DNA from: Candidatus Thorarchaeota archaeon
GTDB taxonomy: Archaea > Asgardarchaeota > Thorarchaeia > Thorarchaeales > Thorarchaeaceae
Length of the DNA stretch: 64,000 nucleotides
Assembly (NCBI GenBank): GCA_048882045.1
Contig: JBHLRZ010000009.1
Coordinates: 32,384-96,383, forward strand
Direction: 5' to 3'
The notes under the pieces are model-generated. The model was given only the letters and a program-made list of their open reading frames with translations. It had not been told where the DNA came from and did not search any database. Made by a program: the position numbers and the translations under genes. Below, piece after piece: positions 37,177-47,584 of the stretch (position 1 is its first letter; every line of letters begins with the position of its first letter).

Positions 37177-38948
37177 AGAAACAGTACCTCCATTAACATT
37201 GGTACTAGGAATGGAAGACTCACGAGAAGTGTGAGTATTATGAGAGGAAGAAGGGAGTCAGATTTCTTGAACCCAGATCCAGATACAGTTGTTCCTTTAC
37301 CAAAACCTCTGAGACTCATCGCTTCATAGGCGGTAACACTACGGTCAAATGAGCGGTTGATTGTTGTTCCAATAAGATATCCGAGGGACCTTATTCTCTC
37401 AAAACGTCGGCCTCTGTCAAAACCACGTAACAACTGGGCATCCTGCATTCTGGACCGTTCTTCCATGAAGAGGGGTATATACCTGAACATAATCAATAGA
37501 GAACCGAGAATTGAGGAAGGCACTCTGAGAGTCCATAGAGCCCCTATGAATTCATTCAGTGTCATATGAGATAGCACTGCCAAGAATATCAATAGGATTG
37601 CAAACATCCGCGAACCTAGTAGAAGTCCCAAGTAGAGTCCTTCTGAATATGCAGAGATTGATGAGCCCCATGGCAGCTGAATCGTAAGGATGACTGTACT
37701 ACCATAGAGGAATGGTTCGAAGAAGACCCAGAACAGAATGACAATTTCAAACTTTGCGGCCAGGATCAAGACTCGATTCCACCTTGTTCCAGAGAACCAA
37801 CCTGCAACAATGATGAGACAGATAATTGTCAGAGTAGTAGCTAGACTAATCTGTAGAGAAATGATGACTGCAAGAAAGATTGCAGTGACTATCATGCCTG
37901 CAGATGAGAAGAATCCACGAGTCTGTCTTCCCTCATCAAATGGCAAAAGAAACTTGTCAGTGTGTTCATGGTCATGATCACCTTTCGATGCTCTTCGGAA
38001 AATCATGTATCCAAGACCAACAGCTGCAAGAATTCCGATTGCGCCAGTCATGATGTCAGTAAACGAACCTTCGGCTAAGAATGACCATACTCCTTCGAAT
38101 CCGTGTGCAGGTTCTGCAACACCTGCAAAGGTAAACAAGGCCCACTCAAATCCGTCAGGGTTCTCTGATGCAAAACCAACAAGTATCACAAAGGCCACAA
38201 GAATGATTGATGCAAGAATCACAGGGACAGTCTGACGAAGTAATTCTGTCTTGGATTTGTCCGACTCTTCCAATTGCTCTTTTTCAGTCGTAGGTTCATC
38301 AATTCTCAGAAACATCACAAGCTGTGGATTAGCCTTAACAAAGAAGAGTAGTATGACAGATGTCAGGATTGCTTCTCCAAAGCCAATAACGACATGAACA
38401 CCAGTGATGGCTACAAGAGCAGCTTTGTTGAATCCAGCCACTGTCAGGAGCTCCAGTCCCAGGGCAAACGCTGCGGCTACTGTTACAAGGAAAGACGTGA
38501 CACCTGCAGAAATGAGAGTCGCACGTTCTTTGGTAATGAATCTCTTCAGTCCTTTGAAGAGAAGTAAGGCAACACCATACCCTACAAAAACAGAGAAGAT
38601 TCCCATATTGAAGAGGTTCAGACCATATGTAAGGATACCTCCATCTCCATAAAGTGCCTGTACAAACAAAACCAATGCCATAATCATTAGTGCAACATAG
38701 GGACCCACCATCATTGCCAGAAGTGTTGATCCGACCAAGTGTCCACTAGAAAAGGGAGGAACAGGAAAGTTCACCAATTGGGCAGCAAAGATCACTGCTG
38801 CCAGTACACCCATGAATGGGACAAGACGTTCTTCAAACCTAGACTTAATCTTCCTGTAAGAGATGACCATCATTGTTATACTCACTGCTAGTAGTAGCAT
38901 CTGCAACCACAGTGGTATAATTCCATCAGGAACGTGCATCATTATCAT
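37173..38948 (-). CDS. Fused Ni/Co ECF S component (CbiM/NikM) + PDGLE domain + T component (CbiQ)
   Basis: MHVPDG N-terminus, SSGHLVG, GDGGI; NPDGFE; FRYIP...AQLLRG...AMSLRGF. Confidence 0.88.
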   Translation of the reverse strand: MIMMHVPDGIIPLWLQMLLLAVSITMMVISYRKIKSRFEERLVPFMGVLAAVIFAAQLVNFPVPPFSSGHLVGSTLLAMMVGPYVALMIMALVLFVQALYGDGGILTYGLNLFNMGIFSVFVGYGVALLLFKGLKRFITKERATLISAGVTSFLVTVAAAFALGLELLTVAGFNKAALVAITGVHVVIGFGEAILTSVILLFFVKANPQLVMFLRIDEPTTEKEQLEESDKSKTELLRQTVPVILASIILVAFVILVGFASENPDGFEWALFTFAGVAEPAHGFEGVWSFLAEGSFTDIMTGAIGILAAVGLGYMIFRRASKGDHDHEHTDKFLLPFDEGRQTRGFFSSAGMIVTAIFLAVIISLQISLATTLTIICLIIVAGWFSGTRWNRVLILAAKFEIVILFWVFFEPFLYGSTVILTIQLPWGSSISAYSEGLYLGLLLGSRMFAILLIFLAVLSHMTLNEFIGALWTLRVPSSILGSLLIMFRYIPLFMEERSRMQDAQLLRGFDRGRRFERIRSLGYLIGTTINRSFDRSVTAYEAMSLRGFGKGTTVSGSGFKKSDSLLPLIILTLLVSLPFLVPMLMEVLFL

Positions 38949-38985
38949 CTCAATATATTTTAAGAAGGGACCACTTCATTTAAGA

Positions 38986-39012
38986 GTGTTATTTTCTTAA
39001 AATTCGTGTTAC
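38986..39012. promoter_or_regulatory. Putative NikR operator
   Basis: gTGTTA-N15-TGTTAc in the divergent nikM/nikR spacer; fits the TRWYA-N15-TRWYA pattern. Confidence 0.55.
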
Positions 39013-39027
39013 TATTGGAAGTGGTAA

Positions 39028-39471
39028 GTGACACGCATGACACTCAAACGGTTTGGAGTCTCTATTCCTGAAGATCTATTGGTAAAGTTCGATGAGATTG
39101 TTAGGATGAAGGGATACATTGGAAGGTCGGAAGCAATACGTGATGCCATGAGAGGATACATTTCTCAAGTAGAGCTGGAATCTGGACAGGAGGGAACAGT
39201 AGCAAGTCTGAACATAATATATCGACACAAGCCCCGTCTGATGGCAGAGCTGACAAAAGCCCAACATGATGCACATGTGAACGTCATATCAACGATACAT
39301 GTCCATGTTTCACATTCTCATTGTCTTGAAGTGATAACACTGAAAGGAGATAAGCAGTCAATTGACAAAATGACAAACAAAATCTCGGGACTCAAAGGAA
39401 TAGAATATGTTCGTCTGTTTATGTTTGTGTTGCCAGAAGGCGAAGAGGTGGATCAAGCCCACTACCATTAG
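39028..39471 (+). CDS. nikR: Nickel-responsive regulator NikR
   Basis: RFGVSI...RSEAIRDA ribbon-helix-helix; QH...HVH...HCLEV. Confidence 0.92.
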   Translation: MTRMTLKRFGVSIPEDLLVKFDEIVRMKGYIGRSEAIRDAMRGYISQVELESGQEGTVASLNIIYRHKPRLMAELTKAQHDAHVNVISTIHVHVSHSHCLEVITLKGDKQSIDKMTNKISGLKGIEYVRLFMFVLPEGEEVDQAHYH

Positions 39472-39487
39472 AAAGGATGTAAGCCTA

Positions 39488-40471
39488 GTGATAGTAGCGG
39501 TTTCGGACATTCACCTTGGAAGTCACAAGGAGAATAGGACAGGATTTCTTGAATTCATCCGTGAATATCTTAGACCCAACCAAGAGGACATCTCACAGAT
39601 TGTCTTACTCGGAGATATTCTAGATCTTTGGAGAAATACAAACTCAAAGGTGCTGCTGGAGAATCTAGATATTCTTGCTGAGCTTAGTCATTTGGAAATG
39701 GAGAAGTGCTATCTAGCTGGAAACCACGATTTTGCAGTGGTCAGTCTACTGCGTCAGATCTCATCATCGATATCTCGTGACTCCGCTGGAGTTTTAGACA
39801 ATGTTTCTGAAACGCTGGAATTGAACATCGATGGTCTAAAAGTCAAGTTGATGCATGGCCATCAGATTGACTACTGGTCATCTCTTCGGTTTTATGAAGT
39901 ATTCAGCAAGGCGATGTGTTTTGTCGACAATGGAGTCCCTGAGTTGTCAGAAGTGTGGAGTATAGTCAATCAGTTTGCAGTTGATCTTCCAGAAACCTAT
40001 AGGGTTCGTCTAGAGAACCTATCCAATGATACAAAGATAGCATTGGAGCAGAAACTTGCTGGACCCCTAGATGGAAACCTGGAGGGAGAGAAGACAGGAC
40101 TCAGTTATGAATGGAAACTTCTCACGAATGTCAATGACTTTGAAGACGTTTCAAAGAGAAGTGGAAAGTCGGTAGAGGACATAGAGCAGTTTGCGAAAGT
40201 TTGGGAGAATCTCCTTGAAACTATGGATCTTTATCGTGCTTTTCCACTACCACCCCCCCACATCGAAAAAGAGGTGCATGGATCCAGAAGGATGGCAGCA
40301 GACCTAGCTGTAGGTCTCGATGAGGACCAATTTCTCATCAGGGGTCATGGGCATATTCCCTATCTCAATCTTGAATCAAAGGTCGCTGATGCAGGATGCT
40401 GGCTAGGTACAAAAGCATCGTTTGTGACTGTCAAAGATGGAGAAGTTGCTGTTCATCGATGGCCGGAATAG
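39488..40471 (+). CDS. Calcineurin-like metallophosphoesterase
   Basis: SDIHLG, LGDILD, GNHD, MHGH, GHGH. Confidence 0.85.
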   Translation: MIVAVSDIHLGSHKENRTGFLEFIREYLRPNQEDISQIVLLGDILDLWRNTNSKVLLENLDILAELSHLEMEKCYLAGNHDFAVVSLLRQISSSISRDSAGVLDNVSETLELNIDGLKVKLMHGHQIDYWSSLRFYEVFSKAMCFVDNGVPELSEVWSIVNQFAVDLPETYRVRLENLSNDTKIALEQKLAGPLDGNLEGEKTGLSYEWKLLTNVNDFEDVSKRSGKSVEDIEQFAKVWENLLETMDLYRAFPLPPPHIEKEVHGSRRMAADLAVGLDEDQFLIRGHGHIPYLNLESKVADAGCWLGTKASFVTVKDGEVAVHRWPE

Positions 40472-40541
40472 AACTTCCCGTTGTCCGATAACTTATTCTA
40501 GGGGCTGTTAATCCACTCGAGTTTGGAAGGAGCGTTGAATA

Positions 40542-41600
40542 ATGCGAATAGGAATTGAATTCGTACCGGACAAACCGATTGAGAAGATACTCAAATGGAC
40601 GAAGCTTGCCGAGGAGGCAGGTTTTGACAATGTCTGGATAACTGACCACTATAACAACCGAAATGTCTGGGCTACACTCACTACACTTGCTTTGAACACC
40701 AATAAAATAATGATGGGGCCGGGAGTTACAAATCCGTTTCACATCAGTCCTGCTCTGACAGCTTCAGCTGCTGTGACCATCAATGAGCTGAGCAATGGGA
40801 GAGCAGTAATTGGAATAGGTGCGGGTGACAAGGTCACATTAAGTGCTCTTGGTATCAAATGGGACAAACCGGTCTCAGCCGTTGTCGAGTCTATTGAATA
40901 CATGCAAGCGCTTACTGCTGGTGACAAGTTCAAACACGATGGCAAGGTCTTCAAGGTGAAGAAGGCAAAACTTGCTATTGTGAAGAAAGAAGAGGTCTTG
41001 GATGAGAAAGGGAAACCCATTATGATGGGAGACAAACCACTCAAGGTAGCTCCAAAGATTCCAATCTATGCAGGCGCTCAAGGACCTATGATGTTAAAGA
41101 AGACTGCAACGATTGCTGATGGCATCCTCATCAATGCAAGTCATCCTAGGGACTTTGACCTAGCAATGGAGAAAATCAAGGAAGGTGCTGAGGAGGCGGG
41201 CAGGAATATCAAGGACATTGATGTGACAGCATATGCCTCGTTCAGCATTGGAAAGACAAGAGAGGAGGCACTCGAGGGTGATGCGAAAATTGTAGTAGCA
41301 TTCATTGTTGCAGGTTCGCCAGATGTCGTCTTGGAGCGACATGACTTGGACATGGATGCCTGCAACAAGGTTCGTGCGTTACTGGGGGAGGGCAACTTCA
41401 AGGACCTTCCTGATGCAATCACAGACGAGATGATCGATGCCTTTGCCGTTGTGGGCAACAAAGACCAGTGCATCAAGCGAATAGAAGACCTAGGAAAGGT
41501 TGGTGTTACTCAGTTCGTTGTTGGTTCGCCAATCGGCCCCAAGAAGAGTGATGCAATCAAACAGATTGGCGAAGAAATCATTCCACACTTCAAGAAATAG
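40542..41600 (+). CDS. mer: F420-dependent methylene-H4MPT reductase
   Basis: WITDHYNNR, GPGVTNP, GAQGPMML, LINAS, GSPIGP. Confidence 0.9.
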   Translation: MRIGIEFVPDKPIEKILKWTKLAEEAGFDNVWITDHYNNRNVWATLTTLALNTNKIMMGPGVTNPFHISPALTASAAVTINELSNGRAVIGIGAGDKVTLSALGIKWDKPVSAVVESIEYMQALTAGDKFKHDGKVFKVKKAKLAIVKKEEVLDEKGKPIMMGDKPLKVAPKIPIYAGAQGPMMLKKTATIADGILINASHPRDFDLAMEKIKEGAEEAGRNIKDIDVTAYASFSIGKTREEALEGDAKIVVAFIVAGSPDVVLERHDLDMDACNKVRALLGEGNFKDLPDAITDEMIDAFAVVGNKDQCIKRIEDLGKVGVTQFVVGSPIGPKKSDAIKQIGEEIIPHFKK

Positions 41601-41666
41601 TCGAGATTGACGAAAACAGTGCAGAGTCGCCTATTTCAGGCGGCTATGCACTCTCTAGATTGTTTG

Positions 41667-42320
41667 TTATGCAAGAGCCTGCAGGACTCTCCCTGCAAGA
41701 AACCAACTAATGTCTCCAAGTTGTTCGTGAGGCATGTAGTATATCGAGTTCTTGTCATAGAGAAGTCTCACACTGGCGGGGAACTCTTCATCTGCATCCT
41801 CGAAGACAAGTAGGACCTTAATCATGGGTAAGAAGGAAACTTCGAATCCAGCATCCCCAAAGTCAACCGGCTTTGCATTCAGACGTTCGAGCGCTGAGAA
41901 CAGCTTGTCTTTGTGTTCCTCGTATGCTTTTGTTAACCGACCAATATCCTCTTCATCAAATGCGTATCTGCAAGCCCACGACCCACTGAGTGAGTTGAAC
42001 TTCACCCATTCACCAGCTATTCCTTCATCCTTTGCCTTACTGTGATAATAGAGATGGGGAATAATTCGGCTTGTGCCAGTTTTTTTGTCAGTAATTGTGT
42101 CATAGGTATCTCCAGTTTCGAAATCCAACCGGAGACCCAGAATATCTACGAACTCATCACCAATTCCGAACCTGTTTCGGAGTGACCTGATGTCTTCTCC
42201 AAAATTCTCCCAGCTCCACCATGCAGAGCTCTTTGTCACTTCTGTAGCATTGAATCTTGCGGCAAGCTCACGTGAAAGGCTTGACCAGTACTCAAGAATG
42301 TCATCTGGCATAATTATCAC
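41667..42320 (-). CDS. DUF3786 family protein
   Basis: GEWVKF, GDAG...FLP...DEEFPASVRLLYD. Confidence 0.75.
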   Translation of the reverse strand: MIIMPDDILEYWSSLSRELAARFNATEVTKSSAWWSWENFGEDIRSLRNRFGIGDEFVDILGLRLDFETGDTYDTITDKKTGTSRIIPHLYYHSKAKDEGIAGEWVKFNSLSGSWACRYAFDEEDIGRLTKAYEEHKDKLFSALERLNAKPVDFGDAGFEVSFLPMIKVLLVFEDADEEFPASVRLLYDKNSIYYMPHEQLGDISWFLAGRVLQALA

Positions 42321-43105
42321 TCCTCATGAGAGAACTTGCAGGTTTCAAGTCCAATCGCATCACAGACTGCATGTCTTGCTGTGTAGCCTGCAAGATGTAA
42401 CAATGCATCTCCATACTCTCTATCCTTAGCCATTGATGCAGTGCATGGGTATGAATGGTGTGCCTTAGCAATCTCATCGAACAGGGTATCTGTGTCCTTT
42501 ATGGACTTCCCTCTGATCTTTTGGCTCACATACCACGTACAACCGCACGGTGCACTTCTGAGAGGTCCAATCTCTTTAATCATATCACCACTCATGTCTA
42601 CATAGTGAATTGGCCGACCGATTCGATATTGTGCCATGAACTCGTCAATCAGCTTGCCCTCTCCAGGTTCAAGAGTGCAGAATGGTTTGGGAAAGGCATT
42701 GTCAATTCCGAGGTTGTCAAGAGTTTCTTTGACCTGTGCTCGGAGACCTGGTGGCACCCATGTTGGATCCTCAATTGGAACAATCACCGCCTTTGCACCT
42801 GTTTCTTTAACCATAATGTCGACAGCTGCTAGGATGTCATGATGTATCGCAACGAGGAGAAGCAGATCACATTCAGTTAAGTTGAGATCTTTGATAAACT
42901 GTTCAGGGTCTTCAATCATAGTTGGTGACGGAGGATCAGTTGGATGGATTCCAACAATATCACCAACATACGACCCATAGCCACTCCGGCATTCCGAACA
43001 GACAGGCTCACAGCCTTCACAGAAAGTCTTGAAGTTGATCAGATTTCCGATCACACGTTCTGCAAAAACATCGCCATAAACTGTCCCAATTCTCAAGAGT
43101 ACCAC
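42317..43105 (-). CDS. DUF166-type Cys-rich protein
   Basis: PKPFCTL, RSAPCGCT, HHSYPCTASM, LHLAG. Confidence 0.75.
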   Translation of the reverse strand: MVLLRIGTVYGDVFAERVIGNLINFKTFCEGCEPVCSECRSGYGSYVGDIVGIHPTDPPSPTMIEDPEQFIKDLNLTECDLLLLVAIHHDILAAVDIMVKETGAKAVIVPIEDPTWVPPGLRAQVKETLDNLGIDNAFPKPFCTLEPGEGKLIDEFMAQYRIGRPIHYVDMSGDMIKEIGPLRSAPCGCTWYVSQKIRGKSIKDTDTLFDEIAKAHHSYPCTASMAKDREYGDALLHLAGYTARHAVCDAIGLETCKFSHEE

Positions 43106-43216
43106 CTGTGAATTACCAACTTGGAGTTACAACTTGTAAAAAGGGTGATGTTTGCGGCTCGGAAAGAATTTCTGACTCTAACAGAAATGTAATATGAGAA
43201 ATCAAGGACCTGTGAT

Positions 43217-43630
43217 TTGGAGTTAAACAGAATGGCACTGGGAGATTTTCTCTTTCCACATGCTGAACTTAAGCTAATTGTGGCGAGGTCATTCGAAACA
43301 GATATCGAATCTGTGAAGGACAAGCTCTCATCCGAGTATCAGGATAGTGCTGCGATTGTCAAACTAAACAAGGCAGATCTCCAGCGGCTTGGACTAAAGG
43401 ATGGAAGCAGTGCTAATGTAAAGGCAAAAGCAGGAAGTATTGTTGTAAGAGCGTTCCGCGATGACATGGTTCCCGAAGGGACAGCAGTAATTCCACATGG
43501 TCCTTGGGCATTGGCATTAGTGTCTGTCCCTGATGATGACTCACCACCACGGATTCATGGTGTTACTGTCACCGTCATGCGAACTGATGATAAGGTCACT
43601 TCTGTCGACGAGCTCCTTGAGAGCCCTTAA
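43217..43630 (+). CDS. FwdD-like molybdopterin-dinucleotide-binding protein
   Basis: DLQRLGLKDG...GSIVV...VPEGTAVIPHGPWA. Confidence 0.72.
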   Translation: MELNRMALGDFLFPHAELKLIVARSFETDIESVKDKLSSEYQDSAAIVKLNKADLQRLGLKDGSSANVKAKAGSIVVRAFRDDMVPEGTAVIPHGPWALALVSVPDDDSPPRIHGVTVTVMRTDDKVTSVDELLESP

Positions 43631-44954
43631 TCTTCTCGATGACCTTCTCAGTCCTCCCTCTCTCAAGATGTAGATGAACTTGTGGCTCATTCTTAAGCAG
43701 GTTTTTCAGTTTCTGGGCTGCTTTCATGGCACTCTTCCGTTCACCATCAACAGAGTCCCACTCTTTCTTTGTAGAAGCGTTGACACGAACCCTCTGAACA
43801 GCTTCGACGGTGATATCTCTCTCAAATAGTCCGCTTTTGGGAGGATCCTTTCCAACCACAGCCTCAAAGAACTGCTTGCGAGCCCGTTCCCACTCTCGTG
43901 CCTGTTCAAGCTCATGAACATGATAGCCTTCACGGACCACCTCAAGCACGTCGTATGGACAGGAGTGCTCGCAGGCGCCACAGTAGATACAGTGTTCGTC
44001 TCGAATGGCAATCTTGTCTGCGGTCCCAGTAGGATAGATTGCCTTGACAGGACATATGTTGAAGCAGTTGTTACAGCCAGTAGGATCACACTTCTCCAGT
44101 TTCTTGATTCGAACTTCTCCTGAGAAGGGTTTTGTGACTTTCAAAGCTTCGTATGGACATACTTGTTCACATAGACCACATTTCACACAGGTTTCGTTAT
44201 TGTGAGTAAGCTTACCTGTGATTTTAGGTTCTGCTATTTTGCGTTCAGTCGATTTCTTACACTTCACCTTGATTGCATCATCGGGACATATCTTTTCACA
44301 GAGACCACAATAATCACAGTTGTCCTCATCAACTCTTATTCCAACCGCAGGCCTGAAATCAGGAGGTTCAGCTGAGTCGGACCAGAATATTTTGATTGCT
44401 TCAGGGCACAATAGTTCGCAAAGACCACAATAGGAGCACTTGTCCTCATCAACCTTTATCGTACCTGTAGCAGACTCCTCACCAGAGTATTTCACAAGGT
44501 CTTTTTTGTGGTCCACCTTGACGTCGACATCCAAAGAACCTGTTGGGCATACCTTTGAGCAGAGCAGACAGGGAGCACATTTCTCTTCATCGATTTCATG
44601 CGTGCCCTCAATGCGGTTGTAGGTGTTCACAGCACTCTCGCCCTCGTATGCCGCATCGAACGCTCCAAAGACACACGAGGAATCACAAAGGCCACAGAAT
44701 GTACAAAGATCAGGATCAACATTCACCAAAGGAGCCCCTTCAATCTTACCTGAGGCGGTTTCCTGTACAGGACCAAGAGTGATTGCCTCCCAAGGACAAG
44801 GAAGACAGAGACTGCATCCTACACACTTGTCAATCGTATGATCGAGTGTCCTTGTAAGAAGAGAGGTCTTCCAGACGAGACGAACTTTTCCATTGACAAC
44901 ATCCATTGAGATGACAGGTTTCTCGCCGATAACGGGTCCACACTTGTCTGTCAC
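43596..44954 (-). CDS. fwdF: FwdF-like polyferredoxin (start revised to GTG 44954)
   Basis: Eight CxxCxxC...CP-type motifs; GGTGA Shine-Dalgarno upstream. Confidence 0.8.
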   Translation of the reverse strand: MTDKCGPVIGEKPVISMDVVNGKVRLVWKTSLLTRTLDHTIDKCVGCSLCLPCPWEAITLGPVQETASGKIEGAPLVNVDPDLCTFCGLCDSSCVFGAFDAAYEGESAVNTYNRIEGTHEIDEEKCAPCLLCSKVCPTGSLDVDVKVDHKKDLVKYSGEESATGTIKVDEDKCSYCGLCELLCPEAIKIFWSDSAEPPDFRPAVGIRVDEDNCDYCGLCEKICPDDAIKVKCKKSTERKIAEPKITGKLTHNNETCVKCGLCEQVCPYEALKVTKPFSGEVRIKKLEKCDPTGCNNCFNICPVKAIYPTGTADKIAIRDEHCIYCGACEHSCPYDVLEVVREGYHVHELEQAREWERARKQFFEAVVGKDPPKSGLFERDITVEAVQRVRVNASTKKEWDSVDGERKSAMKAAQKLKNLLKNEPQVHLHLERGRTEKVIEKIKGSQGARRQK

Positions 44955-44958
44955 GTGA

Positions 44959-47400
44959 TCACCTACCAATAGCACCAGCCTTGTCCTTAGGCTTTGGTTT
45001 GATTCTATTGTCAATGATTTCTGTTCCAAGTGGCCCGAGTCGCACAATTTCGTTGGTAAACTGAGTCACTTGTTCTGCAAAACTGTCTGCTTCAGCTGCT
45101 GAAGCACTTCCAAAATAGAGCCTACGACTATCAATTCCAGCTGCATCAAGCATCTCTCGAATCTTGTTTGTCCGATTCATTGCATATCTGGCTCCTGACC
45201 TGTAGTGACAGTCCTGAACATGGCAACCAAGAATCGCGACTCCATCAGCTCCAGCCGCAAACGCAGTCAATACCGTTTCTGCATTGAGCCTCCCAGTACA
45301 TGGGACTTGAATCGAAACGATATTTGGTGGGTACCGCATACGTTCAGTCCCAGCCTTGTCAGCGGCACTGTATGCACACCATCGGCAGAGATATCCTACA
45401 ATCGCTGGTCGGAGAGGATTGAAATTGACCGCAGCTTTTGTTGCTTCTTCGAGCTGCTCGTTTGAAAGGCATGGGAGATCAAGAGCTCCTGATGGACAAG
45501 CAGCTACACAGGCACCACAGGCTCGGCAAGCCGCTAGATCTATCTCAGGCACCTTTTCATCATTGAACTTGATGGCTTGAGGAGTGCAATTTTCCTCACA
45601 GAGTCTACAACTTATACAAAGATCGATGTTGAAGGAGGGCACACATGCTTCTGCAATGATGTCGCCTGATGCAAGCAGCGTCTTTACCTTAGAGGCTGCA
45701 AGACCTGCATGTGCCACAGAGTCAGCTATATCCTTTGGACCCTGTGATACTCCTGCTAGAAAAATCCCCTTTGATGCAGTACTGCTGGGAGCTAGCTTGG
45801 GGTGTTGTTCCATGAAGAATCCATTCTCGTCGAGAGGTGCTTTGAACAACCGAGAGAGCTGAACATTACTGGGCTCTGCGTCCATTCCCACCATCAGAAC
45901 CACTAGGTCGGCTTCGAACTCCAGCATTTTACGGGCTAGCGTATCTTCTGCTCGGACTATCGTCTTGTTGGACACAGGGTCGAGTTCTACCTCACCGACT
46001 GCACCTCTGACGAAGTTGACTTTGTACTCCTTTGCGGCACGCTCATACAATTCTTCATGACCTTTTCCGAACACTCGAAGATCTGTGTAGAAGACGTAGG
46101 CTTTACAGTCAGGTATTTTCTGTTTAACCTGCATGACCTCCTTCACTGCAGCTGTACAGCAGACTCTACTGCAATATGGTCTACCGAACCTCTCAGAACG
46201 ACTCCCGACACAGGGAACGAACACGATGTTCTTCGGAGGTTTTCCATCTGAGGGCTTGACCAGCTTCCCGCCGCTTGGCCCCTCTGGATTGATCAGCCTT
46301 TCAAGCTCAACTGATGTGATGACATCAGGAATCTTCCCGTACCCGAACTCCTCAACTATTGTTGGATTGAAGGGCTCGTAACCAGTTGCAATGATGACAG
46401 CACCAACATCAATGACCTCAATCGTGTCTTCTTCCTCATATCGGAGAGACTCGGGCTCACACACTCCTGCACACGACTGACATCCAATGCAGTTTGTCGT
46501 GTCTATGTATGGTGCTATGGGAACCGCATCCACTGATGGACGGACCATAGCCTTTCGTTTCCCAAGACCGCTATTGTATTCATCAGCAACGTCTACAGGA
46601 CATACCTCAATGCATCTATTACAGCCAGTGCAGCTCTCTATGTCCACATACCTCGCTCTCTGTCTTACAGTGACATGGTATCTCCCGACATTCCCACGGA
46701 CATCGGTGATGTCAGAGAGGGTCATGATTCGAACATTTGGATGTCTGGCAATTCTGGCCATCATGGGACCCAAGATACAGATTCCACAATCGAAGGTGGG
46801 AAAAAGCTTGTCCCACTTGGCCATGTGACCTCCAAGAAAACCCTCCCGCTCAACAATGATGGTTTCAATACCACCCTCAGCCAGCTCCAGAGCAGCAGTG
46901 AGTCCGGCTACTCCACCTCCTACAACCATGGCTCGTTGAGTCATTGGAAGTCCCTGCGTGGGAATAGGATTGGAATCACGGACCCGGGCAATTCCAGTGT
47001 CAATTATAGCTGCAGCCTTCTGTGTTGCGGCTTCAGGGTCATCATAATGGACCCAACTGCATTGTTCTCTAACATTAGCCATATGGAGATGGCCAGGATC
47101 AACTCCAGCCTCCCGAACTGCATCTGAGAATAGCTCTCTATGTAGGAGGGGAGAACAACCAGCGATGACTACTCTCTTGGCTTTGCTCTTCTTTATCTTG
47201 CCAACGAAATCAGAAACTCCCTGTTCGGAACACAGATGATCATCGACCTCAACGAGTGGAATGCCCATCGACTCATATCGATCTCTCAGAAAATCTACAT
47301 CCAGAGTATCAGCAATATTTGAGCCACATTTGCAAAGGAAGATAGCTAGCTTATCCTTGTCCCTGTCCTTTGTCTTCGGTTTCTTGCTCAAAGATTGCAC
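44959..47400 (-). CDS. hdrA: Heterodisulfide reductase subunit A fused to MvhD
   Basis: CKCGSNI, GCSP, NVREQCSW, GGGVAG, FPTFDCGICI, CVGSR...YCSRVCC, GPKDI; C-terminal LCRWCAY...VPCTGR...GCHVQDCHY. Confidence 0.92.
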   Translation of the reverse strand: MQSLSKKPKTKDRDKDKLAIFLCKCGSNIADTLDVDFLRDRYESMGIPLVEVDDHLCSEQGVSDFVGKIKKSKAKRVVIAGCSPLLHRELFSDAVREAGVDPGHLHMANVREQCSWVHYDDPEAATQKAAAIIDTGIARVRDSNPIPTQGLPMTQRAMVVGGGVAGLTAALELAEGGIETIIVEREGFLGGHMAKWDKLFPTFDCGICILGPMMARIARHPNVRIMTLSDITDVRGNVGRYHVTVRQRARYVDIESCTGCNRCIEVCPVDVADEYNSGLGKRKAMVRPSVDAVPIAPYIDTTNCIGCQSCAGVCEPESLRYEEEDTIEVIDVGAVIIATGYEPFNPTIVEEFGYGKIPDVITSVELERLINPEGPSGGKLVKPSDGKPPKNIVFVPCVGSRSERFGRPYCSRVCCTAAVKEVMQVKQKIPDCKAYVFYTDLRVFGKGHEELYERAAKEYKVNFVRGAVGEVELDPVSNKTIVRAEDTLARKMLEFEADLVVLMVGMDAEPSNVQLSRLFKAPLDENGFFMEQHPKLAPSSTASKGIFLAGVSQGPKDIADSVAHAGLAASKVKTLLASGDIIAEACVPSFNIDLCISCRLCEENCTPQAIKFNDEKVPEIDLAACRACGACVAACPSGALDLPCLSNEQLEEATKAAVNFNPLRPAIVGYLCRWCAYSAADKAGTERMRYPPNIVSIQVPCTGRLNAETVLTAFAAGADGVAILGCHVQDCHYRSGARYAMNRTNKIREMLDAAGIDSRRLYFGSASAAEADSFAEQVTQFTNEIVRLGPLGTEIIDNRIKPKPKDKAGAIGR

Positions 47401-47584
47401 CGTATCCTGAAGTTTAGTTCACATTTTATCATTGATGAAGTATTGGGTTGAGGGTGTTAAGGCCGTTAACCGAACTTTGAAACGATTTATGCCATACCGG
47501 ATAATTCTTGTGGAATAGACTGAAAATCAAGAAGAAAACCATTGGTATTATACGACTTGCCAGTGAAGACGGAGAATTGAACCT

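Noticed and set aside
44959-47400. Selenocysteine recoding in HdrA/MvhD
   Set aside because: The ORF is uninterrupted and the relevant positions are Cys; no in-frame TGA.
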